A model generated the notes under the pieces. It did no database searches. It had not been told where the DNA came from and worked only from the letters and a program-made list of their open reading frames with translations. From positions 8,905 to 72,904 of the forward strand of contig DATJVC010000025.1 of assembly GCA_035501935.1 (NCBI GenBank): a DNA stretch of 64,000 bases, read 5' to 3'. The translations under genes were made by a program, and so were the position numbers. Shown here piece after piece: positions 1 through 8,897 of this stretch (position 1 is its first letter; the number at the start of each line of letters is the position of its first letter). The DNA comes from Gammaproteobacteria bacterium. GTDB lineage: Bacteria; Pseudomonadota; Gammaproteobacteria; JAJPIJ01.

Positions 1-488
1 CGGATAAGGAACCGCAAATTTTATTCACACGGCGCGCTGAACACTTGATCCGTCACGGCGGCCAGATCAGTTTTCCGGGCGGCCAAATCGAAGCCCACGA
101 CAATAGTCCGCTGGCCGCCGCCCTGCGCGAAGCACGCGAGGAAATCGGACTCGATCCCAGCCGGGTGTCGCCGGTAGGCCGGCTGACCACGCGCAGCATC
201 ACTACTGGCTACGCAGTGACCCCCATTGTCGGCCTCCTGCCCGCCGGCACCGCATTCACCCCCAATCCCGATGAGGTGGCCGAGATTTTTCCGGTGCCGC
301 TGGCCTATCTCATGGATTCTGATCATTATCAAGTTCAGTCCGCCGCCAGTTGTCACGGACGCTCGCACCCCACCCTCGCCTTGCAATATCGGCAACATAG
401 GATCTGGGGCGCCACCGCGGCCATGTTGTCAGAGCTGTGCAGTCGATGGCATCGCGCCACCAAGTTTGTAACCCTGTATGACAATTAA
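1..488 (+). CDS. NUDIX hydrolase, CoA pyrophosphatase-like. 5-prime partial; the frame stays open to the window edge and the track start at 45 is TTG.
   Basis: Nudix box FPGGQIEAHDNSPLAAALREAREEIGL. No stop codon in frame from nt 3. Confidence 0.7.
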   Translation, partial: DKEPQILFTRRAEHLIRHGGQISFPGGQIEAHDNSPLAAALREAREEIGLDPSRVSPVGRLTTRSITTGYAVTPIVGLLPAGTAFTPNPDEVAEIFPVPLAYLMDSDHYQVQSAASCHGRSHPTLALQYRQHRIWGATAAMLSELCSRWHRATKFVTLYDN

Positions 489-586
489 AAAAATCGTTGC
501 GAATTCCGGCGAAATGGGTCATCATGCACTTCTAAGGTCGGACTGACCTTAAGGGCCCTTAAACTACGGAAATTAGGAGACTACTC

Positions 587-871
587 ATGAAGAAAGTGGT
601 GAAAATCTCTGCTCTGGCTTTCATCATGGCGATGGCTTCCGGCTGCGCGAACATCACGAGGGAAGAGTTCGATGCCGTCAAGAACACCGCCAACAGCGCG
701 CTGAGCGAGGCCCGTGCAGCCAAGTCGACGGCTGATGCCGCCGCCTCTGCCGCCAGTGCCGCGCAACTTGCCGCTGATTCAGCCAAAGCGGCGGCGAATG
801 CAGCGCAAGCCTGCTGCGACGCCAACACGGCACGTGATGAGGAGATGTTCAAAAAGAAGATGCACAAGTAA
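587..871 (+). CDS. OprI/Lpp-family alanine-zipper outer-membrane lipoprotein
   Basis: SD AGGAGA 6 nt upstream. Signal peptide with lipobox MASGC. Ala-rich heptad coiled coil, C-terminal Lys, ~90 aa as in OprI/Lpp. Rho-independent terminator follows. Confidence 0.65.
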   Translation: MKKVVKISALAFIMAMASGCANITREEFDAVKNTANSALSEARAAKSTADAAASAASAAQLAADSAKAAANAAQACCDANTARDEEMFKKKMHK

Positions 872-906
872 GCAGCCGTTACAGTCTTACTTGTTCATAA
901 TTCGAT

Positions 907-943
907 CCCCGGTAGCCGCAAGGCACCGGGGATTTTTGTTTTG
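907..943 (+). terminator. Rho-independent terminator after the lipoprotein gene
   Basis: GC stem ccccggt...accgggg followed by a TTTTTGTTTTG run. Confidence 0.6.
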
Positions 944-973
944 TAACCGCCCATCTCGAACGATTTGTAATAA

Positions 974-2038
974 TCACCAGACAGCGCCGGTCTGAACGGC
1001 CTGATTTGATGACGGCGGTGTCTTCTGCACATCCGCCTTGAGTGAAGGATCGGGCTCGCTGGCAACCGACCTTCCAATCATCACGGGTACGCCATTCCTG
1101 GTATCAATGGCACTGCGGACCTGTATCCAATTGATCTCCACCCGACGTTTGCGCACTGTGGCGGTGAGGGTATCCACCGCCTGTTCATACTGATCGGCGC
1201 GGGCGGCCGGGTCTTCTTCCAGGCGCGGGTGGGCTTCCAGATAGAGACCACCCTCCAGCCACCCCACCTTGTAGGGTTGATTGACGATTCGCACCGGCGT
1301 GCCTTTATCGACCTGTGCAAACAGGGTGGCGATGTCCTTGGGGTATAGACGGATGCAACCGTGCGTCACCCGCATGCCTATACCCTCTTCCTTTTCCTCA
1401 TCGGTACCGTGAATGTAATAGCCGGGGATCCCCAGCTTTAGCGCGAATTGCCCCATGGGATTGTCGGGACCGGGCTTGACCACCGCCGGCAGCACCTCGT
1501 CGTACTCACGCAGATGCTCCTCACGTATGGATTTCGGCGGCACCCATGCCGGATCTTTAATCTTGGCGATGACCTTGGTTACCCCATATGGGGTGGTCCA
1601 GTTTTCACGGCCGATGCTGATGGGATGAGTAATGACCACCTGCGGTTCGTTTTTTTTGGGTTTGGGATAGTAGTACAGCCGCATCTCGGCGACATTGATG
1701 ACGATGCCTTCGTGTGGCGTGTCCGGCAATACGTACTGGCTCGGGATCAGGAGTTCCGTACCGTCCTTGATCATGGCGAACGGGTTGACCTTCGGATTGG
1801 CCATGCGCATCTCGTCGTAACCTTGATCGTAGAGCATGTACAGATCAATGACCGAATCATTGGCGGACAATGTGGTGAGGTTGGTGCTGCCCACCACGTT
1901 GTCGCCGTTGCGCGGCAACCGGAAAGTTTCGGCGTGCGCCGTCGTGGCCAGTGCCATACCCAACAGCATGGCAGCGACGTTTTCTCCAATATGCTCAGTT
2001 ACCGGCATGCGGGAGCCCCAGAACCTCGTCATTTCCAT
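974..2038 (-). CDS. L,D-transpeptidase (YkuD domain, YbiS/ErfK/LdtB-like)
   Basis: Aligns along its length to E. coli YbiS, including the catalytic HGT...GIGMRVTHGCIRL motif. Signal peptide ...MLLGMALATTAHA. ATG chosen at 2038; 2032 is also possible. Confidence 0.8.
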   Translation of the reverse strand: MEMTRFWGSRMPVTEHIGENVAAMLLGMALATTAHAETFRLPRNGDNVVGSTNLTTLSANDSVIDLYMLYDQGYDEMRMANPKVNPFAMIKDGTELLIPSQYVLPDTPHEGIVINVAEMRLYYYPKPKKNEPQVVITHPISIGRENWTTPYGVTKVIAKIKDPAWVPPKSIREEHLREYDEVLPAVVKPGPDNPMGQFALKLGIPGYYIHGTDEEKEEGIGMRVTHGCIRLYPKDIATLFAQVDKGTPVRIVNQPYKVGWLEGGLYLEAHPRLEEDPAARADQYEQAVDTLTATVRKRRVEINWIQVRSAIDTRNGVPVMIGRSVASEPDPSLKADVQKTPPSSNQAVQTGAVW

Positions 2039-2068
2039 TGGACTGTAAACTTCAGGAATGATTCTCAA

Positions 2069-2437
2069 CTATTCAGCGCGCCATGCGGCAATCATCAGGC
2101 ACAGCCAGCCTGCCATGTATGCCACCCCACCCAGCGGAATGATCGGACGCAAATTCACCGCCAGTAAGTATGAAACATACAGCCCGCCGCCGAAGAGCAG
2201 CATGCCCGTCCCCCAGCAACCGCACGCCGCGGTATACCATCGACCGTTCACCGCCCGCCTGGTCCCCACGGCAACGAGAGCCAGGGCATGCATAAACTGG
2301 TAATGCGCGGCCAACTCCAAGTGTGCCAGTATTTCCGCTGCCATGCGCTGTCGAAGAATATGTTCAGCGTAAGCGTCGAACAGGATCGCCGTCAGCGCCG
2401 CGGCGGCGCCCACGCCCAGCCAGACCCTGCCCGTCAC
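2069..2437 (-). CDS. DUF423 (YgdD-like) small inner-membrane protein
   Basis: C-terminal 120 aa align to E. coli YgdD (GMLLFGGGLYVSYLL...GGVAYMAGW). GTG start 1 nt after the upstream stop. The longer track ORF overlaps the neighbouring gene. Confidence 0.6.
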   Translation of the reverse strand: MTGRVWLGVGAAAALTAILFDAYAEHILRQRMAAEILAHLELAAHYQFMHALALVAVGTRRAVNGRWYTAACGCWGTGMLLFGGGLYVSYLLAVNLRPIIPLGGVAYMAGWLCLMIAAWRAE

Positions 2438-2438
2438 A

Positions 2439-2954
2439 TCAATAGGCCCGTCTCGGTGGCAACGGGGCGGCCGTGCCTTCCAGCGCGTGCAACTCGTCAA
2501 GCAGGGTATCGATACGACGCAACATTTCCACGGTGATTTGATCGCCGCGCAGGGCGGCCACGGAAGCTGCATCCTTGATATCGTCAAGCTCCCGGTGTAA
2601 TTCCTTGATGCGGTTTTGCCGGTCTACTTCAGCTTGCTGCGTCATCAGCCTGGCGCGGGCTTCCTCGGCCGCGGCTTCACGCGCCTCCTGTACCGACCGG
2701 GCGTGATCGGCGTCACGCCGCACCAGATCGTGACGGAGCTGGTTTTGATTCAGTGCGGCCACCTGTTCGGGGTCGGCCAGCGGCTGGGAAATGGAACTGC
2801 AATGCGGGGCTATGGTCTGACCGCGGAAGCATCGTGGCGGGACATTACTGATTTGCTTGACTCCATGCGCATCGCGCCAGACGTAGAATTCCGCCTGCGC
2901 ATTCACCGCGCCGAGCAGCATCGCGGCACCGAACACGTATAATGGGCTTCGCAT
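2439..2954 (-). CDS. DUF4124 domain secreted protein with C-terminal coiled coil
   Basis: Signal peptide, then the DUF4124 signature FYVWRDAHGVKQISNVPP. Confidence 0.55.
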   Translation of the reverse strand: MRSPLYVFGAAMLLGAVNAQAEFYVWRDAHGVKQISNVPPRCFRGQTIAPHCSSISQPLADPEQVAALNQNQLRHDLVRRDADHARSVQEAREAAAEEARARLMTQQAEVDRQNRIKELHRELDDIKDAASVAALRGDQITVEMLRRIDTLLDELHALEGTAAPLPPRRAY

Positions 2955-3001
2955 TGTTTCAAGCCTAGCACAGCCGCCCGCCTACGTTAATCCGCCAATT
3001 C

Positions 3002-4027
3002 ATGCCCATGCCTCCCGTGCTACCACGGCTTCGACTGGCCGCCTGCCTGCTGACTGGAATGTGTTTCGCGACACCCTGCACCGCCGAGCCCATTGGCACG
3101 CCAGTGGAATTTTCGCAAAAAATAAAAACCGGCGGCCATTACATGCACGTTCGTCCGATGGGTATGTTGCGTTTGTCCAATACGCCGGTGGATGGCCTGC
3201 CCGCCAATGAATTATCCGGACTGGCCTGGGATGAGGACGAGCAATTGCTTTATGCCGTTTCCGACAAGGGTCATCTTGTGCATTTACGCCCGCAGTTCAA
3301 GGACGGCGTGCTCGTCGGCGCGGAGTTCCTGCACGCCTATCCGCTGCTTGACGGGCGCGGTCACAAACTCAAGCGCGGCATGGCGGACGCGGAGGATCTG
3401 GCCATACGCAATGCGCAAAACGGCAAGCGCGGCGACAGCGAACTGGTGATTTCGTTTGAAGGCGTCCCGCGCCTGGAGCGTTACCGTCCCGATGGTACCT
3501 GGCTGGGCGGGGAATCGCTGCCCGAGGTGCTGAGCGATGGACGCAATTATGAGGGCAAGAATGCGGAACTGGAGGCAGTGGCCTTGCATCCCACCTTTGG
3601 CCTGCTGACGGCGCCACAAAAGCCCCTGAAGATTGATTCGCCGGGCCTGATGAGTTTGTATGCGCAATCCGGGCGCCAGTGGCAATTCGAGCCCATTGAC
3701 GCCGAAGACAGCGATATCGTTGGCATGGCCGTCACACCGAAAAACGAAGTGCTGATTCTGGAGCGCCGTTACAAGAATTTCTTCATGCCCATCATATTCG
3801 CCGTACGCCGCGTTCGTCTGGAGGAACACCCGGAGGGCGGCCTCCTGACGGTGGAGGACGTTGCCCGCTTCAGCAACACCGACGGATTCCAGATCGACAA
3901 CTTTGAGGGACTTGCCCATCACCAGGGCAACCGGTATTTCATGGTGAGCGACGACAACAACAGCGCCATACAGCGAACCCTGCTGCTCTACTTCGAGATC
4001 GACGACCCGCCGGTCAGCGGAAAATGA
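3002..4027 (+). CDS. Secreted protein, esterase-like-activity-of-phytase family (beta-propeller-like)
   Basis: Signal peptide. Repeated ...SGLAWD... and NFEGLAHH... motifs typical of PF13449-type proteins. Confidence 0.45.
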   Translation: MPMPPVLPRLRLAACLLTGMCFATPCTAEPIGTPVEFSQKIKTGGHYMHVRPMGMLRLSNTPVDGLPANELSGLAWDEDEQLLYAVSDKGHLVHLRPQFKDGVLVGAEFLHAYPLLDGRGHKLKRGMADAEDLAIRNAQNGKRGDSELVISFEGVPRLERYRPDGTWLGGESLPEVLSDGRNYEGKNAELEAVALHPTFGLLTAPQKPLKIDSPGLMSLYAQSGRQWQFEPIDAEDSDIVGMAVTPKNEVLILERRYKNFFMPIIFAVRRVRLEEHPEGGLLTVEDVARFSNTDGFQIDNFEGLAHHQGNRYFMVSDDNNSAIQRTLLLYFEIDDPPVSGK

Positions 4028-4352
4028 AATAGGCCGCACCCACCATGCACAACGCCGCCCACACATAATCCAGTTTCAGCGGCTGCTGCATGTACAACAG
4101 CGCGAAGGGAACAAACACGGTGAGCGTGATGATCTCCTGCAAAATCTTGAGCTGGGACAGGGACAATGCCGTATAGCCGATGCGATTGGCGGGCACCTGG
4201 AAAAGATATTCAAACAAGGCCAGCCCCCAGCTTGCCAGCGCGGCCAGATACCAAGGCCGATCGGCCAGATTGCGCAGGTGGGCATACCAGGCAAAGGTCA
4301 TGAATATGTTTGACAGGATCAGCAGCCCCGATGTTTTCAGCAATACAAACAC
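4014..4352 (-). CDS. Small DMT-superfamily membrane protein (DUF486-like)
   Basis: 112 aa with 4 predicted TM helices, the size and composition of the DUF486 family. Confidence 0.5.
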   Translation of the reverse strand: MFVLLKTSGLLILSNIFMTFAWYAHLRNLADRPWYLAALASWGLALFEYLFQVPANRIGYTALSLSQLKILQEIITLTVFVPFALLYMQQPLKLDYVWAALCMVGAAYFIFR

Positions 4353-4361
4353 GTTATTCCC

Positions 4362-4880
4362 TCATTTTTTTTCCTGCAGGCGGGGCATGAGTTCCACCAG
4401 ATTGCATGGGCGGTTGCGGTAATCCAGCTGTTCGCCTATGAGCTTGTCCCAAGCCAGCGCGCAGGCGCCCGGCGACCCTGGCAGGCTAAAGACATAAGTG
4501 CCATTGGCCACCCCTGCCAGGGCGCGGGATTGCAAGGCCGAGGTCTTGATCTCCGCAAACGACAGGACGCGGAATAATTCACCGAAACCTTCGATGATCT
4601 TGTCCAGCAACGGTCGCACCGCTTCCGGCGTGCCGTCGCGGCCGGTGAGCCCGGTGCCGCCGGTAATCAGCACGACGTCAATTTCCTTGCGCGCGATCCA
4701 TTCCGACACCGCCGCGCGGATGCGGTGGACATCGTCCGGAACAATGCGCTTGTCACGCAATTGATGGCCCGTGCGTTGCAGGCGCTCCACCAGCAGCCCG
4801 CCGGATTTGTCGGTTTCCTCCGTGCGGGTATCCGATACTGTCAACACCGCAATACCGACTGGCGTGAATTGCCGTTCCAT
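4362..4880 (-). CDS. moaB: Molybdenum cofactor biosynthesis protein B (MoaB/MogA family)
   Basis: GIAVLTVSDTR...VVLITGGTGLTGRD...YVFSLPGSPGA motifs. Confidence 0.8.
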   Translation of the reverse strand: MERQFTPVGIAVLTVSDTRTEETDKSGGLLVERLQRTGHQLRDKRIVPDDVHRIRAAVSEWIARKEIDVVLITGGTGLTGRDGTPEAVRPLLDKIIEGFGELFRVLSFAEIKTSALQSRALAGVANGTYVFSLPGSPGACALAWDKLIGEQLDYRNRPCNLVELMPRLQEKK

Positions 4881-4925
4881 ATCATCTCCCGCCGTCATGG
4901 TAATACAAGCCCGCCCACGGTTTCA

Positions 4926-5531
4926 TCATGCGCGGATGCCCGCGCCCCAGTCAGACTCAAAGAAAGATTCCTGCAATGGACGGCGTTCACGCCGCGCGTA
5001 TTCGCGCTCCTTCAACTCGGCGGGGATCGCCGGTTCCGCAAGCTGATAACCCACGGCGATCATCGCCATCGGCGTGTATCGATCCGGAATCTTGAATTCG
5101 CGCCGCGCCCGGCCACTGTCAAAACCACCCATCTGATGCACTGTCAGGCCCAGTGCGGTGGCCTGCAGGGCCAGGCTGATCGCCGCCGCACCGGTGTCAT
5201 ATTGCCCCCAGCGGTTCGGTGAACCGTCACGGGTCAGCACGCTGTCGGCGCATGCCAGCATCAGCACCGGTGCGTGTCGTGCCCAGGCCTTGTTGCCTTC
5301 GACAAGACAATCCCGGGCCCGCTGCCAGGCGGCGACGTCGCTCATTTTGTCCCAAACAATAAACCGCCACGGCTGATCGCCGTAGCAGGATGGCGCCCAG
5401 CGCGCCGCCTCCAGCAAGGCGGTGATTTTCACGCGTTCCACGGGCCGATACGGATCAAAGGCGCGGCCGCTCCAGCGGCTGGCAAGCAACTCATGAATGG
5501 GTTGTGCGGCATCAATGGGCTTTTTGAACAT
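4926..5531 (-). CDS. Nitroreductase family protein
   Basis: RWSGRAF...EAARWAPS...QPWRF nitroreductase motifs. Start MFKKPID with GGAG 6 nt upstream. Confidence 0.75.
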   Translation of the reverse strand: MFKKPIDAAQPIHELLASRWSGRAFDPYRPVERVKITALLEAARWAPSCYGDQPWRFIVWDKMSDVAAWQRARDCLVEGNKAWARHAPVLMLACADSVLTRDGSPNRWGQYDTGAAAISLALQATALGLTVHQMGGFDSGRARREFKIPDRYTPMAMIAVGYQLAEPAIPAELKEREYARRERRPLQESFFESDWGAGIRA

Positions 5532-5793
5532 GGGCGCTCCGTGGAAATGGTCCGGGCTAAAATAGCAGAACCCCCCGACTAAATGAAAATTCCATGGAAT
5601 CGGCCAGTAACTGCGCCGCCGATGTACGCCACACCATCGAACGTCTGTGTCATTTGGAACATGCCAGCGGGTTGTAAAAGCAAAATTCTTCCCTTTCGCA
5701 GCGCTCTTCCGCGCTCGCAACTATCCGTGGGCGGCCCTCAAATTGTTGTGGAGAAACCTGACTCGATAGTGATGCTCCATAACGAGTTCATAA

Positions 5794-5807
5794 TTAACTC
5801 ATTGATT
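5794..5807 (-). promoter_or_regulatory. IHF-like site (AATCAATGAGTTAA) between an AT-rich upstream region and the sigma-54 promoter
   Basis: Matches WATCAANNNNTTR. About 35-45 nt upstream of the -24 element. Confidence 0.35.
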
Positions 5808-5837
5808 AATGATGTATTAATTAAAACAAAATCGAGT

Positions 5838-5853
5838 TGGCACGACTGTCGCT
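5838..5853 (+). promoter_or_regulatory. Sigma-54 (-24/-12) promoter TGGCACGactgTCGCT upstream of bdhA
   Basis: GG and GC dinucleotides at the canonical 10-nt spacing. One mismatch to TGGCACG-N4-TTGCW. About 45 nt upstream of the bdhA SD. Confidence 0.5.
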
Positions 5854-5910
5854 ATGTTGACCACAAGGAAGTTCTAACTTACGAGAAATTACGAGATGGG
5901 AGACAGCATC

Positions 5911-6708
5911 ATGGCCAACGGCAATTCACTTAAAGGTAAAACCGCCGTCATCACCGGTTCGACCAGCGGTATAGGTCTCGGCATCGCCCGGGGACTGGCG
6001 GAGGCCGGCGCCAATATCGTGCTCAATGGGTTTGGCGATCAGAACGAAATCGACAAAATCCAAAAAGAGCTGCGTTCCAAAACCGGCGTGCAGGTGCTCT
6101 ACAACGCGGCGGACATGAGCAAGCCGGCACAGATTACCGCCATGATCAACGATACTCACAAGGCCTGGGGCGGCGTGGATATCGTCGTGAATAACGCCGG
6201 TATACAGAAAGTGGCGCCGATCGAGGATTTTCCAGTGGACAAATGGGACGCGATCATCGCCATCAACCTTTCGTCGGCCTTTCACACCATTCGCACCGCC
6301 CTGCCGTTCATGAAAGCGAAACGCTGGGGGCGCATCATCAATATCGCCTCGGCCCACGCGCTGGTGGCCTCACCCTTCAAATCGGCCTATGTCGCCGCCA
6401 AGCACGGTGTCATCGGGCTGACCAAGACCGTGGCACTTGAAGCCGCGGAAGCAGGCATCACCTGCAACGCCATCTGTCCGGGCTACGTCTTCACGCCACT
6501 GGTGGAAGGTCAGATCAAGGACACCGCCAAGGCACGCGGCCTGACCGAAGAACAGGTCGTACGCGATGTGCTTCTGGCGGCGCAGTCGACCAAACAATTC
6601 GTAACCGTGGAACAGCTGGCGGCGTTTGCCGTGTTTCTGTGCACGGATTCCGCGGCCCAGATTACCGGGACCGCGTTACCTGTCGACGGCGGCTGGACCG
6701 CCCATTAA
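5911..6708 (+). CDS. bdhA: 3-hydroxybutyrate dehydrogenase (SDR)
   Basis: GKTAVITGSTSGIGLGIA...NAG..YVAAKHGV..CPGYV, closely matching BdhA enzymes. GGGAGA SD 7 nt upstream of the ATG at 5911. Confidence 0.85.
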   Translation: MANGNSLKGKTAVITGSTSGIGLGIARGLAEAGANIVLNGFGDQNEIDKIQKELRSKTGVQVLYNAADMSKPAQITAMINDTHKAWGGVDIVVNNAGIQKVAPIEDFPVDKWDAIIAINLSSAFHTIRTALPFMKAKRWGRIINIASAHALVASPFKSAYVAAKHGVIGLTKTVALEAAEAGITCNAICPGYVFTPLVEGQIKDTAKARGLTEEQVVRDVLLAAQSTKQFVTVEQLAAFAVFLCTDSAAQITGTALPVDGGWTAH

Positions 6709-6724
6709 TTTCAGGAGACCCATC

Positions 6725-7537
6725 ATGAACCGCGAACAAATACTGAAAACCCCCTCCATGCCGGCGGCCAGCCCCAGTTATCCCGCCGGCCCCTACCGCT
6801 TCATCAACCGGGAATACCTGATCGTGGCTTATCAATCCGATCCAGAGGCGATCCGCGCGGCGGTGCCCGAACCCCTGGCGCCGGATGGCAGTCAGACCGT
6901 GCTTTATGAGTTCATCCGCATGCCGGACAGTTCAGGGTTCGGCGATTACACGGAATCCGGCATCGTCATCCCCTGCACCTTCAAGGGCATGCCGGTGAAC
7001 TTCACCGCGCAGATGTACCTGGACTGCGAACCGCCGATCGCAGGGGGACGCGAAATCTGGGGGTTTCCGAAAAAACACGCCCAGCCGAAACTCACGGTGG
7101 CAAGCGACACCCTGACCGGCACGCTCGAATACGCCGGCCAGATGGTGGCAATGGCCACCATGGGGTACAAGCACGAAAACCTGCTGGACGGCCATGAACA
7201 AGCCCTGGCGGAGAAGATGGGCAAAACACAAATCAATCTCAAGATTATTCCAGACGTCGACGGCAAACCCGCCATCGCGCAACTGATCGCCTACAACCTG
7301 TCTGATGTGCAAATCAAGGGCGGTTGGGGCGGTCCGGCAAGATTGCATCTGGTGCCGCACGTCAACGCTCCGGTGGCCGATCTGCCGGTCAGACGGGTGT
7401 TGGGAGGGACGCATTTGATCGCCGATCTGACCCTGCCCTATGGCCGTGTGCTGCACGATTACCTGTTGCCGGCAAAAATTCAGGGGGTGTCCGCCATGGA
7501 AGTGGGAAATACACTGGAGATTTCCCGTGCGAAATAA
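6725..7537 (+). CDS. adc: Acetoacetate decarboxylase family protein
   Basis: Aligns to clostridial ADC (PAGPYRFINREYL..., YTESG..IP, FPKK lysine pair). GGAGA SD. Confidence 0.75.
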   Translation: MNREQILKTPSMPAASPSYPAGPYRFINREYLIVAYQSDPEAIRAAVPEPLAPDGSQTVLYEFIRMPDSSGFGDYTESGIVIPCTFKGMPVNFTAQMYLDCEPPIAGGREIWGFPKKHAQPKLTVASDTLTGTLEYAGQMVAMATMGYKHENLLDGHEQALAEKMGKTQINLKIIPDVDGKPAIAQLIAYNLSDVQIKGGWGGPARLHLVPHVNAPVADLPVRRVLGGTHLIADLTLPYGRVLHDYLLPAKIQGVSAMEVGNTLEISRAK

Positions 7538-8897
7538 CGCGGTTTCGGCCTCCCGGGCACACGTCGTCATCGTCGGCGGTGGATTCGCCGGCTTGTCGGC
7601 GGCTAGGGCCATGGCCAGGGCGCCGGTGCGGATCACCCTGATCGAGCGCCACAATTATCACTTGTTTCAGCCGCTGCTCTATCAGGTAGCCACCTCTGCA
7701 TTGACGCCCGCAGAGATCGCCTCTCCGGTGCGAGGCATCCTGCGCGACCAGAAAAACGCGACGGTATACATGGATACCGTGGTGGACGTCGATAAAACAC
7801 AGCGACGCGTCCGTACGCAGAGTGGACGCGATTTCGCCTATGACTATTTGATTCTCGCCACGGGTGCGCGCCACAGCTATTTCGGCAACGATCAGTGGGC
7901 AGCTCATGCGCCGGGGCTCAAGACGCTGGATGACGCGATGGAGGTGCGGCAGCGTATTCTGATCGCCTTCGAGCGCGCCGAGATGGAGACCATCGACCGG
8001 GAGCGCAGGCGTGCACACCTTACCTTCGTAATCGTTGGTGCCGGCCCCACGGGAGTGGAGATGGCCGGTGCCATCGCCGAACTGGCTCACTCCATCGCCC
8101 ATGATTTCCGCAATGTCTCCACGCGTTGCGCCCACGTCATACTGGTGGAGGCCGGCGACCGCGTCCTGCCGCAATTCCCGCCGTCACTTTCACAACGCGC
8201 CCAACGGGATCTCAAACGCATGGATGTGGACGTGCGCGTCAAAACGCGAGTGGAACAGATCGAACCTGGTCACGTGGTGCTGAACGGGGCCCGACTGGCG
8301 GCCGAGACGGTGATCTGGGCCGCCGGCGTCCAGGCCTCACCGGCCAGCCAGTGGTTGAAGGTCACCGCCGACCGTTCCAGCCGCGTGATCGTCAACGCGG
8401 ATCTTTCCGTACCTGGTCATGAGGATATCTTCGTGATCGGTGACACCGCAGCCTGTACGCCAGCGGGCGCTGAAAGGCCGTTGCCGGGTCTTGCGCCTGT
8501 GGCCAAACAGGAGGGCGAATTCGTCGGGCGTCTGATCGCCTCGCGCGTGACCGGCAGAAAAGCGCCACGCCCTTTCCATTATCTTGATTTCGGCACCATG
8601 GCCACCATCGGCAGGAACAGCGGGATCGCCAGTTTGCGCAGCATGCGCTTCAGCGGGTTCATCGGCTGGCTGCTGTGGGGCGCGGTGCACATTTATTTCT
8701 TGATCGATTTCCGCAGCCGGGTCATGGTGGCCCTGAACTGGTTGTGGGCGTATCTCACCTATCAACGCGGCTCCCGGCTCATCACGGGCCTGAACCTGGA
8801 AACACAAGGAGAACAACATGGCAACGAATCCCAAAATGGTAAATCTGGCACTGCAGGGTGGAGGGGCGCACGGAGCCTTCGCCTGGGGAGTGCTTGA
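7527..8897 (+). CDS. ndh: Type II NADH dehydrogenase (NDH-2) / FAD-dependent pyridine nucleotide-disulfide oxidoreductase
   Basis: Two GxGxxG Rossmann motifs (VVIVGGGFAGL, FVIVGAGPTGVE) and a C-terminal amphipathic tail. GTG start overlaps the adc stop. The 3-prime end overlaps the patatin start by 80 nt. Confidence 0.75.
   Translation: MRNNAVSASRAHVVIVGGGFAGLSAARAMARAPVRITLIERHNYHLFQPLLYQVATSALTPAEIASPVRGILRDQKNATVYMDTVVDVDKTQRRVRTQSGRDFAYDYLILATGARHSYFGNDQWAAHAPGLKTLDDAMEVRQRILIAFERAEMETIDRERRRAHLTFVIVGAGPTGVEMAGAIAELAHSIAHDFRNVSTRCAHVILVEAGDRVLPQFPPSLSQRAQRDLKRMDVDVRVKTRVEQIEPGHVVLNGARLAAETVIWAAGVQASPASQWLKVTADRSSRVIVNADLSVPGHEDIFVIGDTAACTPAGAERPLPGLAPVAKQEGEFVGRLIASRVTGRKAPRPFHYLDFGTMATIGRNSGIASLRSMRFSGFIGWLLWGAVHIYFLIDFRSRVMVALNWLWAYLTYQRGSRLITGLNLETQGEQHGNESQNGKSGTAGWRGARSLRLGSA

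Noticed and set aside
5583-5933. 116-aa ORF in the nitroreductase/bdhA intergenic region
   Set aside because: It overlaps the sigma-54 promoter and the AT-rich regulatory region, has no SD or homology, and is out of keeping with local composition.
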